From Planctomycetota bacterium (lineage in GTDB: Bacteria; Planctomycetota; UBA8742; JACQVU01; JANLHZ01), in contig JANLHZ010000250.1 of assembly GCA_024653775.1 (NCBI GenBank), forward strand, positions 595 through 64,594: a stretch of DNA of 64,000 bases, read 5' to 3'. Within the stretch, counting starts at the first letter, position 1. Each line of letters starts with the position of its first letter. The notes below the pieces were generated by a model that made no database searches, was not told the origin of the DNA, and worked only from the letters and a program-made list of their open reading frames with translations. A program made the translations under genes and the position numbers. Positions 34,690-44,000 of the stretch are shown here, one piece after another.

Positions 34690-35625
34690 TCAGTTCATGA
34701 ATGGCTCGAAAAGCCACGTGCTGAGGTATCTTTCGCCGGTGTCGGGGAGGACGCAGACGATGCTCTTCCCGCGGTTCTGATCCCTCTTTGCAAGTTCGAG
34801 CGCGGCGTATGCGACGGCGCCCGCGGAGATTCCGACGAGAATGCCTTCCTCCCTCGCGAGCCTCCTCGCGATTACGCCCGCATCCTCGTGGGAGACCTGG
34901 ACGATCTCGGTGACGAGGTCCGTTCGAAGAATCTTCGGGACGAACCCGGCGCCGATACCCTGAATCTTGTGAGGTCCGGGTTTGCCCCCTGAAAGGACCG
35001 GAGAACCCGTCGGCTCGACCGCGACGAACTGCATTCCGGCCTTGCGGTTCTTCAGAACCTCCGCGACTCCAGTGATGGTGCCTCCGGTGCCGACGCCCGC
35101 GACGACGATATCGACCTGTCCGTCGGTATCGTTCCATATCTCTTCCGCGGTGGTCTTGCGGTGTACCTCGACGTTCGCGGGATTTTCGAACTGCTGGAGC
35201 ATCAGATAGTTCGGGTTTTGGCTGACGAGTTCCTGCGCCTTCGCGATCGCGCCGGGCATTCCTTTGTCGCCTGGAGTGAGGATCAACTCCGCGCCGAAGA
35301 TTTTCAGCAGCGCGCGCCGCTCGACGCTCATCGTTTCCGGCATGGTCAGGATGAGTTTGTATCCCTTCGCGGCCGCGACGAACGCGAGCGCGATTCCCGT
35401 GTTTCCGCTGGTCGGTTCCACGAGAACCGTTTCCTTTTTCAGAACGCCGCGCTTTTCGGCGTCTTCGATCATGGAGAGTCCGATGCGGTCTTTCACGCTC
35501 GAACAGGGGTTGAAGCTCTCCAGCTTGGCGATGACTGTCGTTCCCAGTCCCTGTGAAAGCTTCTTCAGCCTTACGAGTGGGGTGTTTCCAATCAGATCGA
35601 TTACGCTGTCAGCTATTCTAGCCAC
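34690..35625 (-). CDS. cysK: cysteine synthase A (O-acetylserine sulfhydrylase)
   Basis: [18 protein letters not shown] (PLP lysine), [20 protein letters not shown]. Confidence 0.95.
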   Translation of the reverse strand: MARIADSVIDLIGNTPLVRLKKLSQGLGTTVIAKLESFNPCSSVKDRIGLSMIEDAEKRGVLKKETVLVEPTSGNTGIALAFVAAAKGYKLILTMPETMSVERRALLKIFGAELILTPGDKGMPGAIAKAQELVSQNPNYLMLQQFENPANVEVHRKTTAEEIWNDTDGQVDIVVAGVGTGGTITGVAEVLKNRKAGMQFVAVEPTGSPVLSGGKPGPHKIQGIGAGFVPKILRTDLVTEIVQVSHEDAGVIARRLAREEGILVGISAGAVAYAALELAKRDQNRGKSIVCVLPDTGERYLSTWLFEPFMN

Positions 35626-35835
35626 CTTAAAAACTCCATTTCTAAAAACCCGGGCGCTCCGATACGATCCGGATCGTCCTAACCTGAGAAATCGACAAGG
35701 AGAGTACCCTGACCCTCCGCGAAAGAAACTCTAAACCGAATAAACTTTCTCCTTGGCGCTTCGGACTTCTGCCCGAAGTTGTAATATGCTAACGATTTGG
35801 ATTCGCCAATTTATTCCAAAGTTTGAAAGCATAAA

Positions 35836-36522
35836 ATGGACCACCACGAAATTGCAGACATTCTCGCGGACACGACGGTATTTGGCGCGCTGTCCGACGA
35901 ACAGCGAATGAAAATCGCGGAGCAGGGAACCATTCGCAAAATATCGAAAGACTCGATACTTTTTAGCGAAGGCGAAATCTGCGATCGATTCTACGTCGTC
36001 CTGAAAGGAAGGGCGCACGTTTTCAAGCGCAACAATCACGGCCGGGAACAGATTCTGAAGTTCTTCGGTCCGGCAGACATGTTCGCGTCCGGACCGTTCT
36101 TCGCGGGGAAACCGTACCCGGTGTCCGCGCTTGCGCGGTCAGACTCGGTCCTTTTCGAAATAGGGCGCTGCTCCGCGATCGATGACGTCTTTTCTAACGC
36201 CGCCGCGCTTCGCAAGCTGCTCGAATACACAGTCGAGCGCAACCGCGAACTCGTCGATCTCGTCGCGACGCTCTCCCTGGAGGACGTTTCCCATCGTCTT
36301 GCGCATTATCTTCTCCACGAGGCGGAGGCGCACCCGGAAAACCCGAACGGAGGAATCGTTCTTTCGCGAAGCAAGGCGGAAATCGCGAAAGCTCTCGGAA
36401 CCGTGCGCGAAGTCAATTCCCGCGCGTTCACCAAGCTTCAGAAACTCGGCTTTATACGCACCAGCGGCCGGCAGGTGGAAATCATCGACCCCGACGGCCT
36501 CCGGAAGTTCGGGGAAGATTAG
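35836..36522 (+). CDS. Crp/Fnr family transcriptional regulator
   Basis: cNMP-binding beta-roll (LFSEGEICDRFYVVLKGRAHVF) plus a C-terminal HTH (SKAEIAKALGTVREVNSRAFTKL). Confidence 0.9.
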   Translation: MDHHEIADILADTTVFGALSDEQRMKIAEQGTIRKISKDSILFSEGEICDRFYVVLKGRAHVFKRNNHGREQILKFFGPADMFASGPFFAGKPYPVSALARSDSVLFEIGRCSAIDDVFSNAAALRKLLEYTVERNRELVDLVATLSLEDVSHRLAHYLLHEAEAHPENPNGGIVLSRSKAEIAKALGTVREVNSRAFTKLQKLGFIRTSGRQVEIIDPDGLRKFGED

Positions 36523-36637
36523 AAGGAATTAGGAATAGTAGCCCGAAAAACGCAGAAGTCAGAATGCGTCATTGTTGTCGGCGGCTGTGGTGTGTGGTCA
36601 GTCGTTAGTTCATTCCTAATTCGTAATTCCCGCCGGG

Positions 36638-37162
36638 CTAGCTGTCGACTATTTCGAACGTTGCCTCGATCGGAAGTCCCATCCGGACCTTCACGCCGCC
36701 GATGCGGACTTTCGAACCCTTCGACGCGAGGATGTCGTTGATCGCGGCTTTCTTTTCCGAAAGCTCGTTCACGTACCACGCGAGAAGATCGTCCGAAAGC
36801 GAACTGAGGTCCGAATGCCTGTGCTCGGACGAGGCAACGAGCTTCGGCGGCGCGAGGTTCGTAGCGGCCACTTTCGGCGCCGGTTCCGGGGTGACGTCCT
36901 TCTCCGCGGCGGCGGGTTTCGAAGGCGCTGGGATATCATCGTCGTCGTCCGCGATTTCGAATTTCTCCTCGTCCTTTTTCTTTGCCACCGGCGCAGGAAT
37001 GTCCTCGATCTCCGGAGCCGCGGGCGCCTCAGGCTCGTCATCCGCGGGCTTTTCGAGCTTGAAAGTGTGGTCGCACTTCGGGCACTTGATTTTCTTGCCG
37101 AAGTTTTCGGAGGAGACCTTCAGTTTCTTGTTGCAGGATGGGCAACGGATTTTTTCTTCCAT
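36638..37162 (-). CDS. zinc-ribbon protein with acidic/Pro-rich linker
   Basis: CPSCNKK...CPKCDH zinc ribbon followed by a D/E/P/A-rich linker. The Met at 37162 is chosen over the listed 37267. Confidence 0.65.
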   Translation of the reverse strand: MEEKIRCPSCNKKLKVSSENFGKKIKCPKCDHTFKLEKPADDEPEAPAAPEIEDIPAPVAKKKDEEKFEIADDDDDIPAPSKPAAAEKDVTPEPAPKVAATNLAPPKLVASSEHRHSDLSSLSDDLLAWYVNELSEKKAAINDILASKGSKVRIGGVKVRMGLPIEATFEIVDS

Positions 37163-37711
37163 GTGTTTCTCTACAATATGGTGGGAGGCTGGGGAATCGA
37201 TAAATGTAACGACTAATTTATGGCTGTGTGCGCGAATGTCAATGATAAAGGCAAACGGTACGGTCACGAGTTGATCGAGTGCGAACGTCCCGTACGCAAG
37301 TAGCGCAGTCGTCCCGGCTGCAAACTGGAAGTGCCGGTCACTTTGGGAGTGCCCGGCACATGGCGATTTACTCCTCCATTTCCCGGAGGAAAAAGGAAAC
37401 CGCGCGTCCTAAATACTGCGCAGGCGAGACGCCTGCGCCCCCGGAATGCGCAGCCAAGATGTACCGGGTGCCTCGTAAGACCTCGTCCGCTCACAAGTTA
37501 GTAGCGGCGACGCCAGGCGTTTATATGTCCTCACGGGCACACCTGCAAACCTCGTAGGAGCGCGAACGCCGTCGTCCGGGCAATTTTCCTTCCGATAGAA
37601 AACATGGGACATTATAATACAAATAATTCGTAGATGGCACGAATAAAGAAGCCCATCGATTTATGCAACAAAGCCGATCTCATCGCGAGATACGCAGGGC
37701 CGTTGGCGCGG

Positions 37712-38707
37712 TCAAAACTTCAGTTCGACAAGTTCAAGGTAGCTAAGAAGAAAAATCGTCCCGAGCACGATTATCGAAATCACGAGTGTGGCAACCACAG
37801 CTACGAGAGCGGCGCGCGTTCGTCCTGCGAGAGCAAGAATCGCGGCTATGAGCAATCCGACCAGCGTAAATATGACGACGCCAAGTATAATGAGACCAAT
37901 AACATCTTGGTCCGGTGGCGGAATTGGAGTTGGCGTAGCGTATTCCAGCCGTGCATTTGCCTTGTCGTTGTTCGGAAAATCGGGCGAACCTTGATCCCAG
38001 ATCGCTCCAAATCCGAATGACTGACCAGGAAGAATTTGTGCGCCTGAAAAACGTACCGAGCCCCAGGACGTTTCTGCTATCGGGAAAGGTCCGCCGTAAA
38101 CGCTACCCGGGTCTAGTATCGCTCCCCCCGGCACGAAAAGCGTTACTGCTTCAACTATCCGGTCGGTCTGATTAACGAACAGCGTTTCCAAGCTGAAACC
38201 ACCGGACGGAATAGACAACTCGTAATTTACCTGATTCGAGTCAGTCAAGTTAATTGCCGAAAGCAAAATCCTTCTATTAATTGTTGCGGAAAGCTCCAGT
38301 GTATAGTCGCCAGCAGGCACCATTATATCAAAATCAAGTACTAAATGAAACGTCTTGCCATTTTCTATTTTTATATTATTCGCGAGGACCACTTGAACCG
38401 ATGGGGCGGTGGCGCCAACCGCTGAGGATGTAAGCCCGTCACCGTCGGCATCCTGAAAAAAGCCATTGGTGATGTTGACAACTTGCTGTGGCGGCACTAC
38501 CTGCGGGTCATAGTCGATTGTCGCTGTCACGTCCGTAATGTCGGACCCGGTCGCGTTGCTCAGTAAAACGTCCACTCCCATGCCGCCACCGGGCAGGTTC
38601 ATTCGAACTCCGCCGCGGGGAAGCGGGGTCTGCGCACTTGCGATTTGTCCGGTTCCAAAGACTAGTACCGCAAAAGATAATCCAAAGATTAACGCTTTCT
38701 TTTTCAT
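37712..38707 (-). CDS. secreted protein with C-terminal TM anchor helices (unknown function)
   Basis: Signal peptide MKKKALIFGLSFAVLVFGTGQIASA and two or three C-terminal TM helices. The ATG overlaps the upstream TGA (ATGA). Confidence 0.7.
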   Translation of the reverse strand: MKKKALIFGLSFAVLVFGTGQIASAQTPLPRGGVRMNLPGGGMGVDVLLSNATGSDITDVTATIDYDPQVVPPQQVVNITNGFFQDADGDGLTSSAVGATAPSVQVVLANNIKIENGKTFHLVLDFDIMVPAGDYTLELSATINRRILLSAINLTDSNQVNYELSIPSGGFSLETLFVNQTDRIVEAVTLFVPGGAILDPGSVYGGPFPIAETSWGSVRFSGAQILPGQSFGFGAIWDQGSPDFPNNDKANARLEYATPTPIPPPDQDVIGLIILGVVIFTLVGLLIAAILALAGRTRAALVAVVATLVISIIVLGTIFLLSYLELVELKF

Positions 38708-39096
38708 TTCCGATCCCCGTAAAAAGTAGAAATTCGTTGAAGACGGAGAGCAAAAATAACACACACACACACACACATACAAGTAAATTTTGAAATAAAG
38801 CCGTATCCGAGCGGGATTTCGTAACCGTGTACGGGGTTAATAAGTCGGACGTCGCTTCCTTGAAATCCGCCGAGCGTTCCCCCGCGATGCGCGTTCACGC
38901 CTTCGCCATCGAACCTGAAGTACACCGGCGAATTCGCGGACGCGACGCTCACCGAACTTTCCTGCGCCTGCGCGCTGCCGCCCGCCTTCGGAAGCGGGGA
39001 CGAAATTCCCGAACTTTCGCACGCTGCGATCCCCGCCGTGGCGAGCGCAATCAGAGCCATTGTCATCCATTTCCTTCTCATTGTCTTTCCTTTCAA
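38704..39096 (-). CDS. small lipoprotein whose 3-prime end reads through a (GT)9 tract
   Basis: Lipobox GIAAC. Tail ...KFTCMCVCVCVIFALRLQRISTFYGDRK. The stop overlaps the next start codon. Confidence 0.6.
   Translation of the reverse strand: MKGKTMRRKWMTMALIALATAGIAACESSGISSPLPKAGGSAQAQESSVSVASANSPVYFRFDGEGVNAHRGGTLGGFQGSDVRLINPVHGYEIPLGYGFISKFTCMCVCVCVIFALRLQRISTFYGDRK
38759..38776. repeat. (AC)9 dinucleotide microsatellite
   Basis: Eighteen nt of perfect AC repeat, which is (GT)9 on the coding strand. Confidence 0.9.
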
Positions 39097-39115
39097 ATGT
39101 GACGTGTACCCATGG

Positions 39116-41137
39116 TTAGAATTCGTATGAAAGTCCGCCGTAGACCTCCCGCGGCGATGACGGGCGCAGGTCGGTCGCTACCTTTGGATCGCGGGTCAGA
39201 TTCGCGATGTTTTCCGCGCCTAAAAAAAGCTCGAATCCCTTGGCGATTTCGAACGACGCGCGGAAATCGACTATGGCATAACCCCTGCTCCGCGACTGTT
39301 CCGACGAATCGACGAACGCGCTGCTTTTCGCGCGCGCCGCGCTCGTCAGTTCGATACCCGCGCCCGGTATCCGATACGTCACGCGCGCGGTCCCTTTATG
39401 CGCCGGGCGCGCGGCGAGAGCGTTTCCGGTGGAGCGGTTCTTCGCGATGAGATAATCGTAGGAGAGCGAAAAGGTCAGCTCCGGTATCGGTTCGAAGGTG
39501 GCTTGAAACTCCGCGCCTTCGGTGTACAGACTTTCGATGTTCTGGTACGAGAAAATCTGCAAACCCGACGCCGCGGACTCAGCGGGGTCGAGCTGGCTAT
39601 CGATCAAATCCGAGAGATTGTTTCGATAGAAGTTCACCGACAGCGCGATCTCATCTTGCGGCTCGAACTCGAAACCGACGTTTACGCCTAGCGTTCGCTC
39701 CGGATCGAGATTCGCGTTCCCGCGGACCCGGTAGCCGAGGAAGCTGTGGTCGAAATCGAAATAACGCTCCTTCAGATCTGGCGATCGAAAACCCGTCGCA
39801 ACCGACGCGCGCATCCTGAAATTCGAATATGGACTGAAGAGTGCGCTTACGCTCTCCGTGACGTGAAGTCCGAAGGCCGTATCGTGTTCCATCCGCGCGC
39901 CAACCGAGGTTTTGAAGTCGTCCGAGAATTCGATTTCGTCGTGCATGAACACCGCCCAGAGAGCGAAGCCGCGCCCTGGGATTTCGCGGGCCTTCGTTAG
40001 CGCGCCGACGACGCTCGTTTTGAGCACATCCTGCGAAAGCGTTTCGCGACGCCACTCGCCGCCGGCGGTAACGGTGTGAGTGCAGCCAGCAAGTTCGAAG
40101 CCCTGATCGACCTGCAATTCCGCGGCTCGGATGCCCGCGATCGAGTTGCGCTCGTCGTTCGTCGGCGCGCCGCGAAGAGCCTTTGCGGTGTCGCGCGAAA
40201 ACGAACTCGAATAGACCCGGGCGCGCAGCCGCGTGTCCTCCGCGAGATCGAAATCGCCGGAAAACGAGCCGTCGATTCGCCGGGTGTCCTTGGGCGTATC
40301 GAAAAGAAACGTCGTCCCGAGGTTAGTCTGCGACGCGATGCCTTTCGACGACTCCTCGAACCATCCGCCCTCGATTTCGACGCGCGCGTTATCCGACGGC
40401 GTCCACGCGAAGCCCGCGCTACCGTTCCGCTGATATATCTCGTCGCCGTTCGTGTCGGGGTCGCTCCGGTCGAGATCGAACTTGTCGCGATGAAAATATC
40501 CCGCGCTCGCGCTATACTCGAAAACGCCTTCAAGCCCAGAGACCCGCGCCGCGCCTCGATACGCTTCGTTTTCCCGGTAGTCCGCCTCCACGCGGCCTTC
40601 GATTTCATTCCGCGGCCTGCGGGTGATTATGTTGACTACTCCGCCGAGCGCGTCGCTTCCGTAGAGCACCGACGACGGACCGCGGACGATTTCGATCCGT
40701 TCGACAGAATAAAGAGGGATCTCCGCGAGATTCGTCACGCCCGCGCGATCTCCTATGATGCGCATTCCGTCTACCAGGATCAGCACCCGCGACGCGTCGA
40801 TTCCCTGGATCGACACTCCCGTCGGCGATCCGACCGAACTGAACTCTTCGGCGGAGACATCCATCCCCGCAGTTTCCTCGATGACTTCGCCTATGGTATA
40901 CGCGCCGCTCTGATCGATGCGTTCGCGGTCAACAACCTGCACCGCCGCGGGCGATTCGCGTATTGCCGATTCCGTGCGCGTCGCGGTGACGACGGTATCC
41001 GGCAGTTCGTGAGATTCCCGCGGCCATGCAACTTCGGCGGATGATATTTCCGACGATAAAAGCGCGATAAAAAACGCAATGCCGGTTATCGGATTTGGAT
41101 CGCGCTTTTTATTCGAACGGGTACTGCGGGAAAACAT
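39116..41137 (-). CDS. TonB-dependent outer-membrane receptor
   Basis: TonB box/plug (DTVVTATRTE..., IEIVRGPSSVLYGSDALGGVVNIITRRP) and a terminal aromatic residue (GGLSYEF). Confidence 0.9.
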   Translation of the reverse strand: MFSRSTRSNKKRDPNPITGIAFFIALLSSEISSAEVAWPRESHELPDTVVTATRTESAIRESPAAVQVVDRERIDQSGAYTIGEVIEETAGMDVSAEEFSSVGSPTGVSIQGIDASRVLILVDGMRIIGDRAGVTNLAEIPLYSVERIEIVRGPSSVLYGSDALGGVVNIITRRPRNEIEGRVEADYRENEAYRGAARVSGLEGVFEYSASAGYFHRDKFDLDRSDPDTNGDEIYQRNGSAGFAWTPSDNARVEIEGGWFEESSKGIASQTNLGTTFLFDTPKDTRRIDGSFSGDFDLAEDTRLRARVYSSSFSRDTAKALRGAPTNDERNSIAGIRAAELQVDQGFELAGCTHTVTAGGEWRRETLSQDVLKTSVVGALTKAREIPGRGFALWAVFMHDEIEFSDDFKTSVGARMEHDTAFGLHVTESVSALFSPYSNFRMRASVATGFRSPDLKERYFDFDHSFLGYRVRGNANLDPERTLGVNVGFEFEPQDEIALSVNFYRNNLSDLIDSQLDPAESAASGLQIFSYQNIESLYTEGAEFQATFEPIPELTFSLSYDYLIAKNRSTGNALAARPAHKGTARVTYRIPGAGIELTSAARAKSSAFVDSSEQSRSRGYAIVDFRASFEIAKGFELFLGAENIANLTRDPKVATDLRPSSPREVYGGLSYEF

Positions 41138-41172
41138 GGATTCCTCCGTTTTAGTACCCGCGTTATATGCAA

Positions 41173-41195
41173 TTGCAAATCATTATCATTTGCAA
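41173..41195. promoter_or_regulatory. Fur-box-like palindrome upstream of the TonB receptor
   Basis: TTGCAAATCATTATCATTTGCAA has 8-bp inverted arms. The central 19-mer matches about 13/19 positions of GATAATGATAATCATTATC. It lies 36-58 nt upstream of the ATG. Confidence 0.45.
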
Positions 41196-41389
41196 GAGAA
41201 AAGATAATAAATTATGGCTTCGACATCGCGTCCTCAAGTCGCGAGTAGGAGGCTCCCGTCTATACACTCATATTCGAGGTCGGACGGGTTTTACGTCTTC
41301 GGGTGAACGAAGCGGCTGCCGCGAAGTAGCGCGTCCATCTCGGCGGCGACGGGGAAGTGCCCGGCACATGAAGATTAGGATGCGCGTCC

Positions 41390-42514
41390 TTACGCCTTCG
41401 GGTCCATAGGAAGCGAAACCGCGACTGTGGTGCCCCTGCCTGGCTCGCTTTTCATTTCGACTTTGCCTTTGTGAGCCTGCGCGACGTACCTGACGAGCGT
41501 CAGCCCGAGACCCGGCCCGACGGAACCCGTGACCATCGTCTTCCCCAGCTTCACGAAGCTGTCGAACACGACAACCTGCTTGTCCTCCGGAATTCCAGGA
41601 CCGTTGTCGCTGACGATGAACTTCACGCGGTTCCCGTCGTCCTCGACTTCGATCCGGACCGTGGAACCGCACTCGGAAAACTTCACTGCGTTGTCGAGAA
41701 GGTGATAAAGCGCGAGTTCCAGAAGTTCGCGGTCCCCCTTAGGCGCGGCGCCGGAATCCTGCACCTGATTTTCGATGCGAATCCCGCGTTTCGCGGCTTC
41801 GGGAGCGATCCTCGATTTGACCGACTCAGCGATCTGCGAAGGCACGTAGGGGGAGTTCTGGACGTAAACGCTCGCCTGGCTGAAGTGCGACACGAAGAAG
41901 ATCGTCTCTACAACGTGCCTCAAACGCCTGAGGCTGTCTTCCGCGACGTCGATCATTTCCGACGCGTCGTCGCCGACCTCGTCCTTCATCGCCTTCAGAA
42001 CGTCGAGTGAGCCGACGAGACTCGTCAGCGGCGTGCGAAGCTCGTGGGAGAAGAGCGAGATGAATTCGTCCTTCGCGGTGTTCAGATTGCGGAGCATCGC
42101 AAGCTCTGCGGCGTCGCTTCTGCGCTTCATCGCGCGGCTTATCGATTCTGCGACCACCGCCGGCGACGAGAACGGCTTCGGGATCAGATCGTCCGCGCCT
42201 TCGTGCAGCGCTTCGAGCGCGGCTTCGATGTCCGCAAACGCGGAAATTAGAATCACGCAGACGTCGGGCGCGATGCGTTTCAGCTTCGCAAGCAGCTCGA
42301 GACCTGTAAGCTTCGGCATCTTGATGTCGGATATGACGACTTCGGGCTTCGACCTACGATACACTTCGAGCGCGGCCTCGCCGTCCTCGGCTTCGCTGAC
42401 CTCGAAACCTTCATCCTCCATAATCCTGCGGATGAGCGTGCGAACGACGCGATCGTCGTCGACCACGAGCACTTTCACCCTCCCCTGCATTCTGATTACG
42501 TCGGTGATGGACAT
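41390..42514 (-). CDS. hybrid response-regulator receiver / histidine kinase
   Basis: REC domain (VLVVDDD...ISDIKMPKLTG...KPF), then the HisKA H-box (FSHELRTPLTS) and HATPase_c (DNGPGIP...GPGLGL). Confidence 0.9.
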   Translation of the reverse strand: MSITDVIRMQGRVKVLVVDDDRVVRTLIRRIMEDEGFEVSEAEDGEAALEVYRRSKPEVVISDIKMPKLTGLELLAKLKRIAPDVCVILISAFADIEAALEALHEGADDLIPKPFSSPAVVAESISRAMKRRSDAAELAMLRNLNTAKDEFISLFSHELRTPLTSLVGSLDVLKAMKDEVGDDASEMIDVAEDSLRRLRHVVETIFFVSHFSQASVYVQNSPYVPSQIAESVKSRIAPEAAKRGIRIENQVQDSGAAPKGDRELLELALYHLLDNAVKFSECGSTVRIEVEDDGNRVKFIVSDNGPGIPEDKQVVVFDSFVKLGKTMVTGSVGPGLGLTLVRYVAQAHKGKVEMKSEPGRGTTVAVSLPMDPKA

Positions 42515-43272
42515 CAGCCTTCTCCAGTTATGCGTGAAAGAATCCGCGGAAGCATCTCGCCCGCTTTTCCGAGCACTTTCGCGTCGACGAACCCCGCATT
42601 CGGAGTCTCTTCGACGTTGATTTCGATAACCCGCGCGCCCGATCGCTTCGCGATAACGATGAACTCCGCCGCGGGATAGACGTACCCGGAAGTCCCGACG
42701 ATCAGCAGCGCGTCGCAGCTTTCAAGAGCCTTGTTCGCCCGGTAGAGCAGATCGAAATCGAGCGTCTCACCGAACCAGACGACCGCGGGACGAATCCACG
42801 CGCCCTCGCCGCAGGTTTTGCAGTACGGACGGGCGGGAAGAGGATTCGTCCGCTCTTCGTACTCGATGTTGCAGCAGGTGCACCGGACCCGCCAGATATT
42901 GCCGTGGATTTCGAGAATCCGCTCCGACCCGGCTTCGCGGTGGAGGTTATCGACGTTCTGCGTTATAAGCGTGAAGTTGTCCCCGAAACGTTTTTCGAGC
43001 TGCGCGATCGCGATATGCGCCGGATTGGGACGACAGCTCGCGCCGTTCACCCTTCGATCGTTATAGAAGCTCCAGACGAACTCCGGATCGCGGCTGAATG
43101 CCTCGTACGTCGCTACGTCCTCGGGATCGATAGTGTTCCATTTTCCACCCGCGCCTCGAAACGTCGGCACCCCGCTTTCCGCGGACACGCCCGCGCCCGT
43201 CGAGACGCAGAGATACCGCGAATTTCCGATGATCTCTGCGGCGCAAAGAATGCTAGTTTCGTTGTCAGACAT
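42514..43272 (-). CDS. cobB: NAD-dependent protein deacylase (Sir2 family)
   Basis: GAGVSAESGVPTFRG, QNVDNLH, HGN, a Zn-binding Cys quartet (CTCC...CKTC), VGTSG. Confidence 0.95.
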   Translation of the reverse strand: MSDNETSILCAAEIIGNSRYLCVSTGAGVSAESGVPTFRGAGGKWNTIDPEDVATYEAFSRDPEFVWSFYNDRRVNGASCRPNPAHIAIAQLEKRFGDNFTLITQNVDNLHREAGSERILEIHGNIWRVRCTCCNIEYEERTNPLPARPYCKTCGEGAWIRPAVVWFGETLDFDLLYRANKALESCDALLIVGTSGYVYPAAEFIVIAKRSGARVIEINVEETPNAGFVDAKVLGKAGEMLPRILSRITGEG

Positions 43273-43928
43273 CTCGCTCCTGGCTGCAAGACTTTCGAAC
43301 TGCTTATTTATTGGGAAACCGGAATGTGTGTGAATTCCTCAACTAAAAAATTATACCTGAGATATTCCGTGCCGACGCAGTTTTCCCGGGAGTTGGATTT
43401 TTTCACACGGGCGCCCCAATAGTGTTCGGCACGCCTCCCGCGGTGAATTTTGTCCTTTGTGTTTTTGTTCAGGATTGACAGGCAATCCTGACATGATGAC
43501 ATCTTAGGACGCGCGTCCTAAACGCCATCATGATATGTCCCTAATGTAATGCCACCTGACATATAGGAAGTTCACCGTGACCAGGCCTGAAAGAAGTTGA
43601 CGGAAAGATGATTGCATTCAGGCGATATTCTTGTTACCCTGTAGGCAATGAAAGTAATAGACAAAAAATGCATATTATAGATAGATACGTAATTCTATTC
43701 AGATTTTATTAATACAATTAATTATGAATTGTATTAATAGTGCTTTAAATACAGTACATATAGATTCGTTCATACAAATGCCAATGTTCCAATTTTGGCG
43801 TTAGCGTTAAGTGAAACCAGTTGCCTGGTTTTCCGGGACGACCCAATAGTGTTTAGCGCCGATCGTGACGAACACTAATGCGGGCGCCATTAGAAACTAT
43901 CTCAAGCAATCGACATCGATAATTCGGA

Positions 43929-43957
43929 GCCGTCAAACGAGACGTTTGACGGCTTTT
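43929..43957 (+). terminator. orphan plus-strand intrinsic terminator
   Basis: GCCGTCAAACG-AGA-CGTTTGACGGC followed by TTTT. No plus-strand ORF ends here. Confidence 0.65.
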
Positions 43958-44000
43958 GCGGACGATGACGTCCGCGGTCCCGGGTGCCTACGATAGTTTC

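Noticed and set aside
37268-37711. Housekeeping ncRNA (RNase P, SRP, tmRNA, 6S) in the 440-bp ORF-free gap.
   Set aside because: None of the conserved hallmark sequences (for example GGAAAGUCCGG for RNase P P4, the tmRNA 3-prime tRNA-like end, or the SRP GGAA/AGCA loop motif) could be found. The gap is instead filled with members of the short repeat families.
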